The translations under genes were made by a program, and so were the position numbers. A stretch of DNA of 64,000 nucleotides. Source: Salisapilia sapeloensis CBS 127946. Taxonomy: Eukaryota > Protista > Oomycota. Below, in pieces: positions 22,673 through 32,918 of this stretch. The notes beneath the pieces were generated by a model. The model was not told the DNA's origin. It ran no database searches and saw nothing but the letters and a program-made list of their open reading frames with translations. Where the stretch lies: the NCBI GenBank assembly GCA_023334545.1, contig JAADVB010000002.1, positions 1-64,000 on the forward strand, read 5' to 3'. The stretch's first letter is position 1. The number at the start of each line of letters is the position of its first letter.

Positions 22673-24049
22673 TTACAACTTGCCAAGGATATCCTGGACT
22701 GAAGCTTCATCCGACACGACGTAGCTCTTGACCTCGGATTTCTATCACGTTATATCGATAAGAATCACATGAATAGATAGGATAGAGCATAACGTACCGA
22801 GAGAAGAGCTTCAAGCTTCTCAGCATTCAGCGACGAATCCATGGCAGTCAGCTTCTTGATAGCTTCCTCCGTCTGGACAGCTTTACCCTTGGCGGAAGCA
22901 CCCTTCTCCATGAAAATCGCCGTCTTGGGGGCATCCACCAAGTTGTTGCACGGAACGTGGACAGAGGACGCAGCGTCCGTGAGCTGCAACACGTTCTTCT
23001 TCTTGCCCTCGAGCTTCTTGCTGTCGACGACGGCACCACCGAAGAGCGAAGTGAGGCCAGCTTGGCTCCAAATGCTGCCGTTGGAAGCATACAGCGCCTT
23101 GGAGTTCACTGCTTGCGCACGTGTGGCGTCCGAGGCGTTGAAGAGCAGGACGCTCGCATCATCCTTCAAGAGGACGTCACCAGGGAGGACGACGGACTCG
23201 CTGCTTTCCTCCACGAGACGCTTCTTGGCGGCAGCCACAGCGTCTTGGACGGAGGCGAGGGAGACGTCTCCGGTGAGAACGACCTTGACAAAGAGCTCTT
23301 CGTCGTCGTTTCGGTCGAGTAAGAGCGTGGCAGACGGCTCTTGATCAGCAAACTCGCCCGTCGAAGCGACGTAGACGACAATCGGACGATCGGCATGTGG
23401 GTCCTTGGTAGGGACTTTGACCTATTTCATCCTGTTAAAGCGTCTTCTCTGTATTGTTTCCAATGTGTACGCACCAAAAAGTTCTGAGCGTACAGCGCGA
23501 CGGAGGGAGAGTCCGTGACTACACGCACGCGCGTACGATCGTCCTTAAAGGAGCCGACAGCTCCGTCCTGAGCAAAGATGTTGTCGAGGCTCGAGAGGTG
23601 GTCGACCACCTACGACTCATTTAATACTAGAGAGAGCGTGAGAATGTAGTAGAAGCATACTTGTTCGTAGAGAGGTTCGTAGGCTGTGAAAGGAACGTCG
23701 ACGTCCACTTCCTTGATGCTGACGTTTTGTCCGGCAGACTGTTTCGCGTCCTTGGCAAACTCCTCGAGTTTCGACCAACGTAGATTTTGGAAAGCATCTC
23801 CGTGTGGGGTCACATCATCCTGTGCAAGCGACCAATTGAACTCAAAGTGGAGACCTTCACGTTCCTCCGGGAAGTCCTTTACAAATGATAATAAGCTCCT
23901 ATCTCCTTTATAAATGGAATAAAAGAACATACAATAACAAAGTTGTCTGCTGCATGGGGTGTGATAGCAAATGTCCGGACGGACGATCGACGAGCTGCGG
24001 CAGTAGCAGTCGTACGCAGTGCCTTGGTCAGTCCCACTCGCATGGCCAT
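22673..24049 (-). CDS. Mitochondrially targeted PEPCK(ATP)-fold protein lacking catalytic motifs
   Basis: Five inferred exons. Presequence MAMRVGLTKALRTTATAAARRSSVRTFA; FAQDGAVGS..DRTRVRVVTDS..ALYAQNFLV and YASNGSIWSQAGLTSLFGG are colinear with PEPCK motifs. Confidence 0.65.
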
Positions 24050-24086
24050 GATCGAATTTTGGTCTCGCTCACCACCGCAAAAGTTT

Positions 24087-24124
24087 TGACCAATGATAGA
24101 TGTTTAATTTTATTTATGACCAAT
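24087..24124. promoter_or_regulatory. Tandem CCAAT boxes in a 111-bp bidirectional promoter
   Basis: TGACCAAT at 24087 and 24117, 30 bp apart, between divergent ATGs at 24049 (-) and 24161 (+). Confidence 0.5.
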
Positions 24125-24160
24125 CAAAAGATGTCTTTGATTAACTTCAAGATGATAACG

Positions 24161-24793
24161 ATGGACGGTCGTAGAGACCGAGTGAGGGAGCTCGTGCTCC
24201 AAGCTGCTCGACAGAGAGCTCATGTGGCGTTGACTTTGCAGGACAGTAACGATGTCAAGTTGTTCGCTCCATATAGCCCCACTCCATATGCTCTTATTGA
24301 CACTGTATGGGAAGAGCTGTCGACATCCAAGTCGCTAGCGATTTGCTCGACGGATTTGATCGTCGACCTTGGATGTGGCGATGCGAGGTGGCTAGTCGCT
24401 GGCGTCAGACGGTTTGACTGCAAGGCATTAGGTATTGAAATTGATGCTCATGTTGCACGCAAAGCAAGGGAGAGTGTCCAAATGCATGGACTGAGTGATC
24501 AAGTGGAAATTGTGCAAAGCAGCATTGAATCGACGTCCGTTGCAGGTGCCAAGTTAGTCATCGTGTATGCCTTTGCAGAGTCCTTAGAAGGTATACGCAA
24601 CCAGCTTCAGACTCAACTGGATGCGAACGCCGGAGTACTATCTGTCGGAGTATGTACCCATTTTCATACGATATTGTACATGACCTTAAAATGTACTTCT
24701 GTCTTATTCTAGTTTCGAATACCAGCATGGCAACCGATTCAATCCGGCAGGACAGATGGACTTCGATGGTACTTGTATTTGAATAGACCATAG
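24161..24793 (+). CDS. Class I SAM-dependent methyltransferase, FAM173/ATPSCKMT-like
   Basis: APYSPTP, VDLGCGDAR, GIEID, VIVYAF; a short intron near 24650-24711 gives VLSVGFRIPAW. Confidence 0.75.
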
Positions 24794-24959
24794 TCATTTA
24801 TAAGGAATGCAGATGTCAGTTGTGTTTTATATTTCGTCATAAGAGGTTGTTTGTGGGTGACACGACTTCTCCAAACGCTGCTTGATCTGATCAAGTTCAG
24901 ACAATAGTCGTCGGTCGAGCTAATTTATAAGGTAGACACATGAGTATAAGGTGATCGAG

Positions 24960-27900
24960 CTATGTCGTGCTGAAATGTACCTGTTTCCGCTTCTTCTCTG
25001 CTCTGGTCATCTGGCCGATAAGTTCCGATGTGGTCTTTACTGGTCGACTGGTAGCGCTACCATCCTTTCGATGTTTTGAACAGTATAGCTCGTTTGCCAG
25101 TAATTCCGACAATGACTTCCTTCCTGTCTTTAACGCTTCTGCTTTGACTACGTTCTTGGCAGCTCCTGTAGCAGTCTTCCTTCGAGACTTGACGATCTTG
25201 ATACCAGTACATCCGACTGGATCACTTGCTTGTGTAACGGTATGCTTGTTGTCTTCGAGTCTATTGGTTGACTGTAGTAACCCAGCAGCACTAATGGCAG
25301 CACGCAAATTTGAGTAGTGACGACTAGTTGGGGACAGACGACGTCGAGAGGTGTTTGCAATTGACCCAAGTGCAAGCTCTGATGCGCTTTGACGCATTCG
25401 GGATTCCGCAGTGTCTAGTCGTTGGAGCATGGATTTCAATTTTGGTTCAAGCAAAGTCGGTTGGACAGCTTCCGTCGCTCGTTTAGCAGGTGTAAATGAA
25501 CTTCGAGATGCTTTCACTGTAGCTGATCGATGTAGAATTGGATGGGGAGAATTGAAAGTAGCTTTCTCTTGCTTAGAGGCAGGTTGTTGCATATCGTATG
25601 TCTTCGTTTCCAATGGCAGGCTCGTGCTGTGTGTTAAATGTCTAGTTTGCTTCGGATGAGCATAATCTTCTGTAGCGCATGTATTGCACGTAAAGTCTGT
25701 TGGTGAAACCTTTGTTGGACCATGTAGAATGCAGAACCCGTCAGACTCTTGCTCTGCGGTTAACTCGTCATTCCCTCCTGTAGCTCTTTGAAGTGCCAAT
25801 GTCGTCATATAGGTAAACTCTATTTCATCCATTGTATATGAGACAAGGTCTTGATTTTATCGACGTAGCCAAGAGTAGTCGATATGAAAGCGTACCCGCA
25901 AACGATGTGGCACCGTAGCCAATGGTGTCAAACTCGGATAAGGCTGCTTCCATTATACTACTGAAGAGAACTGACTTCAAAACAGCTTTGACTTCTTTGT
26001 GTTGCTGGCGCTCGAGCGCTATAGCAACATCCATTAGTACCTTCTCTTGTTCGCTGCTCGAGGTAGACGCTAGTGATTCCATGGATGGATGCCGTTGAGA
26101 TATATACTACATAAAGTTATATCATTTCAATAGTACGAACGTCATGATTGTCATCCTTGCTATTACCTTAAAGACGGAACGTAGCTCAGTCAATTCAATC
26201 TCTTCGCTGTCACCCACCTCTGCCAACTCAAAGATTGCACAGAGGACAAGTACGACCATTTGAAGCTTAGGACAATGCTACGATATGTACTCAATCTATC
26301 AGTTGCTACCAGTCGTGATGCATGTAGTGACCTACCTGTTGCTGGACAGACCGTCGTCGTCTAACGGCTCGATTCCAGATGACACGTTTGTGTGGACTGA
26401 TTTCGGTCCGTTTCCGCGGGACCAGTTCATCAAGTGCACCTCCTGTTTGTTGCAGCCAATATTCTTCAATCGTTTCCTCCATCATTTCCATGTCGAGCAA
26501 GGTACTACAACAGCCATTCTGGTTCATCACGAGTAGAAGCTCGCCAAGCAAACCGACTGTCGGCATATTGAAACTCGCGTGAATTTGACAGAGAACAGAA
26601 TCTACCGATACTGTGTCTGTGAGCATCAATGATGCACGCGTGAAGTTCTGATCTTGGGTTTCGTGATAGTAACCTGAAGTCATCGCTGCCGCACGAAGTA
26701 AATTGCCAACAAGCAAAGGATGCAATCCTTTGTTTTCAAATGATAAGAGACTGTAGATGGATTTGCACGCATTAATTGGCACCTCAAGGATTGGATTGGA
26801 TGGCTTTATGGAAGTAGAAGGAGAAAGCGCAAACTTGTCGGAAATGAACCCAGTGGAGGCACATCGCCTCAGTCTACTAGAAGCGCTATCAATTGAACTA
26901 CTCGAAGTTTTCCTTGATAACGCCAATTGGCTTGAGGACTGAGAACTACGTCGTGGCTCTTTCACTGAATTTATAGTTTGCTTTGGATTCGCAACCAAGC
27001 CAACTCGACGGTTTCCAGTGTGCCGTAAAAATGCCAACGATGGATTCGTCGTCATCCCTGTCACGTACTCCGACACTGTGAGTGAGTCAATCCAAGACAT
27101 TGGGATAGCTACTCCAGATAGATGAAAGGATGGTGCCAGCCAGTATACAGCTGAGCGCGGATTCTCTTGTAAAACGTCCTCTCGTCGTAGCACTTCTCTA
27201 ACATTTCGGAGTGGGACGTGGTCTAGAATGAGCCCAAGGGTTGCTTTTAATGTCAAGACACCAAATGAGACTGTCTTTAAGTTGACGATATACTCCGACC
27301 TCGTCTCCGCATGCATGGCAGAACTACACCATGTAGCAGCATCTATGAGAAGTTTTAGCTTAAGAACTGCATACCCGACGACTTGGTCGTCATTTGTTTG
27401 TCGCATCTTCACATAAAGATGCTTTTGATCACAAAAGCGCGTGAAGGTGTCTAAAGCTGAACAAAGATAATGTATACGAGTTTCACATAGCTGCCATCGA
27501 TTCGGTGTATGGCCTTTGCCTCCATCAAAATCGACGCGTGTGATGCTTTGACCAAGTTGGTACTCTAGGTAGTAATCCGTTGCTAGCAAGCTCGGACCAC
27601 CGTCTTGCACTTCATGAAAGAAGATACTGAGGCGTAGTTGAGAGCTCGTAGGATCAATATCAGCTCCTTTAATCCATCGGTATTGAGGTATGTCTAGCGT
27701 CGTATCGTTCGGAAGTTTCCGCATAAGCATCCTTAGCTCTAAATTACTTTCGTTAAGACGACCGATAATGAAGTCACAGTCTGTTCCATGCTCATCATAC
27801 CCTTCCTGTAAGGTGTTGCTACTGTAACATGTATGAAGTTCATGAGCGAGCTTATTCAATTCTTGTTGTTGTTGGAAAATGGTGTAGCAAAGGTGGCAGA

Positions 27901-29115
27901 GTGTCACTTCTGTCGTAATCGTCGCTGATGCTTGCTTTTCAAGATCATGAACAGCATCCTCCCATACTACCAACCGATCGCCTCTTTGGCGTATCTGAAA
28001 AATACATTTGGTTACCATTTTCAGTGTTAGTCGATACTCTTTTAATCCACCGAATGCATGTAAGTCATGCTTGACATCTCCTTCCTCGTTTAATTGAGCT
28101 CCATCATCTTCACGTACCAGAGAATTGACCATGCTAAGAACAGATTGTGGTAGATCACAAGAGTGACCACATAGTGAACAAGTCGATACATGGTCATGGG
28201 CACTATTGACTCGACGATTCGTACTTACTATTTTTCGACTGCGTTCAGTCTTTCGATTTTTCAGTTCAATTGGTAGCTGTGTCGCTGACTCCAACATCTT
28301 ACGACCCTCTTCGGATAGTTCATACCTACAGGTTGCATCAAAGTTGACTACTTTGATCATCCACCATTTTCCATCCCGACCTCGAACAAAATCGGCGCAT
28401 AGGTTTTGAAATTGTAAACCAGGTACTTGAGCCTGTATGTGGTTTACGATGCGCTGCATTGCACTTATAGGTTCCATAATTGATTTTCCTCTTAGCTTGT
28501 CTTTCCGAAGCGTGTCCTTCATCTCTTGACTGGATGAGGAAGCAATAAATGCTGGTGTGATTTTAGTCAGGTAATGGAAAGCTTCTTCCCGTCCTAATCG
28601 GTCATCATTAAACGGATTTCTATTCTTGTGTATGCTTTCCATATAGTCTGAGATAGTAAGAATGTCTGTGTACTTGGCACTACCAAAAACAGAGATGATA
28701 CATGGTTAGAAGGACATTGATAACATTAATTTATGTCAGCCTACTCGTTCGTGACGTTGATGCCGTATCGTTTGTGTTCAACTTCGTCCCAGTATAAGCG
28801 GTAGACACTTGCTTTCGCACCTCGACAGTAGACGAACTGTTGGATGTAAAATGGTAGGTCAAAAGGTGTTTGGACGATGAGGTCAAAGGTGGGCTTGGTG
28901 AGTGCAAGCGACTTGCTGCTTTGATGACTATTGGAAGACTTCCACTCCGAAACACGCCGGAAGGCAACGACTGGATCACTTTCGAACTTTGTTCCGAAGC
29001 TATGGTCACTTGTTGAGTTCGGTGACACCTTTTTCCTCCAGCCTTGAGCTGTTTCGTCATCTCGAATGACGTAGCCACGCTCGTCTGTACGCAAGATCAA
29101 AGTGCTTTCAGCCAT
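24960..29115 (-). CDS. Large uncharacterised protein: ATP-grasp-like N-region, C2-like domain, EF-hand-like segments
   Basis: ORFs 28741-29169, 26306-28642, 25825-26082 and 24960-25832 join through GT-AG introns (e.g. 28680-28744 in frame). QQFVYCRGAKASVYRLYW, ADFVRGRDGKWWMIKV, LRLSIFFHEVQ...VGYAVLKL, FDTIGYGATSF. Confidence 0.65.
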
Positions 29116-29431
29116 AGTCGCTCCAGTCTGTCGCTCACATACGACTGTCAAGGGCAAATTGAGCTGCAATTGGCGTCCGGAACCTGGTATCGGTTGTAGA
29201 TACTTGTAGAAAAAGATGGACGGCTACGGCATGGATAAGGAGATAATTAAAAATGTGGACGTTAAGATGGTATAGCAACCTTGATAAGTGATAAGCATGA
29301 GGGCGATTGTGTGGGTGAAAGAGTAGAGTTCATGGACTTGAGATAGTTGCATTGTGATAGAAGTCAAATTTAGATTGGACAGCTTGAAACTGAGCAAGTG
29401 GCGGTGCAGATCACAAGGGAAAAGAGAAAAT

Positions 29432-29966
29432 ATGTCGACGAAAGCAGCGGTTGTCATTGCGTCAAAGAGTATCTGGTGGAAAGCTGGTGCTATTGCTGGT
29501 GCTAGTGGTGTCCTCCTAGGTATACAATCCTACACTCCCGTCCATCCATTCGGAATGCCAACGTAGTTTATAGGAGCTTTTGGAGCCCATGGACTTAAGA
29601 ACCACGTCAATGATCCGCGCTTGCTGAAGAACTGGGACACTGCGGCTCAGTATCAAGTACTTAACTAGCATTTACATGAAGAACCTCCAATGCTGATTGT
29701 GTGGCCGTGACAGCTCGTGCACTCCGTTGCTTTATTAGCGGCACCTTTCGCCAAGCGACCGAATCTTGCAGGTGGTTTATTGCTGTCAGGCATTGCCATC
29801 TTCTCTGGGTCGCTCTACGCGATCGTCTTGACCGACCAACGCAAGCTCGGCATGGTCACGGTATCCATACATCCCTTCATATCTAAAGGAAGAAAATAAT
29901 CCTATCTACTCGTAGCCGATCGGTGGTTTGGCCATGGTGGCAGGATGGCTCACTCTACTGCTCTAA
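29432..29966 (+). CDS. TMEM256: TMEM256/YgdD (DUF423) small membrane protein
   Basis: Four exons: GAIAGASGVLLG-AFGAHGL...WDTAAQYQ-LVHSVALL...GIAIFSGSLY...T-PIGGLAMVAGW. Confidence 0.9.
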
Positions 29967-30297
29967 GGACACTACAGCTCAACACAAGAAGCTGATGCAA
30001 CAAAGTTTTTCGTGAAGCCTCACTGTTGTTTCTTTCTCATGCGTTTCCGTCTCCACCTACAGCTTGCATGGGATGTGTTTGCCACAGCCATGACTAGACG
30101 TCCGTTTCCTCTTGCTCGTTTTGCCTAGGACTGAGCAGTTTTGAGATGCCACATGCGACTCTTCGCTAGTACCGTGGCTCTACCACTCCCATATCTAAAA
30201 GAGATCGCCTCGAGTGACTGTCTAGGCTAGCCCGACCTTTGGTGTCCAAGACACGGTACACTTTGCTTCAGCTCTAGTACTACGCTTTCGTTGCAAG

Positions 30298-31464
30298 ATG
30301 ATGAAGACGATCCACTTACTCCTCGGCGTCCTTGCCATTGCGAGGATGGCTATCGAGGTTGATGGCGCTTGTCCGAACAAGTGCTCCGGACATGGTGAAT
30401 GTGGCGCTAGTGACAAGTGCACGTGTTACCAGAACTGGATCGGCTCGGATTGCTCGCAACGGCAATGCCCATTCACGCGTGCGTGGCAGGATACGCCAAA
30501 AAACACGGACGACGCCCATTATTATGCTGAATGTGGTAACCGAGGCAGATGTGACCGAGAAACCGGCATTTGTGAGTGTGACAGTGGCTTCACAGGAAGT
30601 GGGTGTCGTCGCCTTGGGTGCCCGAACGATTGCTCCGGACATGGTACGTGCGAGTACATTGAGGATCTGGCATCGGACTCGTTTGATCTTCGTGTTGGTG
30701 GAGACCATGCCGTCACGTACGGTTTGTGGGACCAAGAAAAGATCATGGGCTGCAAATGCGATCCGGGCTTTGAAGGTTATGATTGCTCTTCTCGTATATG
30801 CCCCAAGGGCGATGATCTGTTGACCGCCGGTGAGTCGGAGATGTCGCAAGTGATTTTCTTGACACTTGATGGAGATGTTGAAGGCTACGTGACGTACCGT
30901 GATCCGTATGGCAACGCCTGGACGACTGAAACGATGACTTTTAGTGATGCGACGGCTACTTTCTGCCAAGACGTATTGCAGCCTGAGCTTCGACGACTTC
31001 CTAACAACGTACTGAACGAAGTGGAGGTCACCAACGTGCTTGACTGGTACAAGTTTAGTCGTGACAGTCCGACGTCGCGGACTGGACAAGTAGAAGAAGC
31101 AAACAGCGTTGCATATGGAGGAGACCTTGCAAGTGACGACATTGCCTGTCTAATCGACTTCAAAGCCGAACCTGGTGAAACTGGGTACCAACATTTCTTC
31201 GAGGTCAACCTTCAACCGCACGATAAACTAGGACAACACCCAAGATCCGTTGGCACCACCACCGCGGCGAATGTTTGGGAAGTGATGGAGGCGTATACGA
31301 TTGACTTAGGAGGGGCAACACCACCATTAGCTGGTCATTCCCACCCATTGCGCGAGTTGGCCGAATGCTCCAACCGTGGCATTTGCGACTCGCAAACAGG
31401 CGTTTGCCAATGCTTTACGGGCCACATGGGCCTAGCGTGCGAGCGTCAAGAAGCGCTTGTTTAG
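30298..31464 (+). CDS. Secreted EGF/tenascin-repeat protein, tubular mastigoneme (Ocm1/SIG-like) family
   Basis: Signal peptide; CPNKCSGHGEC, ECGNRGRCDRETGICECDSGFTG, CPNDCSGHGTC, LWDQEKIMGCKCDPGF and a C-terminal ECSNRGICD..TGVCQCFTG. Confidence 0.85.
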   Translation: MMKTIHLLLGVLAIARMAIEVDGACPNKCSGHGECGASDKCTCYQNWIGSDCSQRQCPFTRAWQDTPKNTDDAHYYAECGNRGRCDRETGICECDSGFTGSGCRRLGCPNDCSGHGTCEYIEDLASDSFDLRVGGDHAVTYGLWDQEKIMGCKCDPGFEGYDCSSRICPKGDDLLTAGESEMSQVIFLTLDGDVEGYVTYRDPYGNAWTTETMTFSDATATFCQDVLQPELRRLPNNVLNEVEVTNVLDWYKFSRDSPTSRTGQVEEANSVAYGGDLASDDIACLIDFKAEPGETGYQHFFEVNLQPHDKLGQHPRSVGTTTAANVWEVMEAYTIDLGGATPPLAGHSHPLRELAECSNRGICDSQTGVCQCFTGHMGLACERQEALV

Positions 31465-32100
31465 GTACGTACGAAAGGAGGGGGCCCGGGACGGCGTTGC
31501 TGATTCACATACTCGCGAGGAACGAGAAAAAGGAGAACGATAGGCATGATATATTTCAATTAATACAACAACATGAACTTTTCATGCCAAGTGTAGCTCT
31601 TTAACTATCTTCCTATGATGGACATGTACGTGCTCGGCTCTGTCGTGCTCGTACTCGGTCGGGAAAATGATCTATGCTGTGTGGGAACTAGCAGTGGAAA
31701 CTTGGCAAAATACGTTATCTCTTGTCTGAACGTGTAGCCCACGGATTTGATTGAAAGTGATGAATGGTTAGTCTGGGTGCATCTAGAAGCCTGTATTTCT
31801 TCATTAAGCCTCTAGATGACACCAGGTCAGGACAGATCGCTAGTGCAGATAGTTCAAGGATTAACTATCACATCTAGTAATTTGGACTACCAGCAAGATG
31901 CATGGCAATAAGACCACGCATATCAGTCTATACTAAGAACGTACAGCACTTGTAAAAGAAGGCAGCTTCGTAGACAAGAGGAAGATGGATGCCGTGCATG
32001 TGGAACATGTTACGCAATATCTGTTTATACTGTTTTCTAAATAGAATAGCATCATTTTTAGCTTTGTAGTCAGTATTCGCTAATTATCCGAACGATACCG

Positions 32101-32885
32101 ATGCCGTTGCCAGCGCCATGGAGGTCGTACAAGACGCCGGAAGGAAGGGTAGCTTCCTAGCATCTCTCCATCTTTCCACTGCTACCATATTTACCATTTC
32201 CATGGCGTAGGAGTACTATTATAATCCACAGACCAAGGTCACGACATGGGATCGACCGACGGAGAAGGGTAAGAGCAAAAGCTCTTCCAAGAGCAGCAAG
32301 AGTAAGTCGCAGGAATCTAGCAGTCGGTCGAAATCCACCCCTTCCTCTTCGCCTAGTCCTGCTCCGCAGGCCAAGCCAGAGGTTGGCGCTCTATTGTCCC
32401 AAATCCGTCAAGGCACCAAACTGAAAAAGGCAGAGACACGAGAGTCGTCGCCTCTCGCGGCCACAGGGTATTCCTACAATACTTTACATCCCATACAAAT
32501 ACTAATAACATGTAGTGGAGGTGATGACGGATCGAGTGCACCGCCAGCGTCGAACGGAGGAGGAGGAGGCATGGGAGCGATGATGGCTGCGATCAAAGGC
32601 GGTCCGAACCTCCGCAAGACAGGGGCGACGACGAGTGCTCCTGCATCAACTCCTCCTCCCGTCCCGACACCATCTAGTTCTGGCGGAGGTGGCTTTACGG
32701 AGATCATGCGCAAGAACAGGGAAGCCGCAGCTCGAAGGAGCAGTGGTCCGGTAAGCAGTGGGAGTCCCAAGCCGACATCATCTCCTCCATCCTACGAAGA
32801 GAACAGCAAGTCGCATTTGGAGCAACGGATGGACACGATCGAAGCCAAACTGGATAAAATTCTCGCCCATCTCGGTATAAACTAA
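32101..32885 (+). CDS. WW-domain protein with two WH2 motifs and a C-terminal coiled coil
   Basis: Spliced LPAPWRSYKTPEGR-EYYYNPQTKVTTWDRP (WW); ALLSQIRQGTKLKKAET and AMMAAIKGGPNLRKT (WH2); LEQRMDTIEAKLDKIL. Confidence 0.8.
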
Positions 32886-32918
32886 GAAGCAAATGTTCCT
32901 TGTGCTCTCTTTCTTTAT

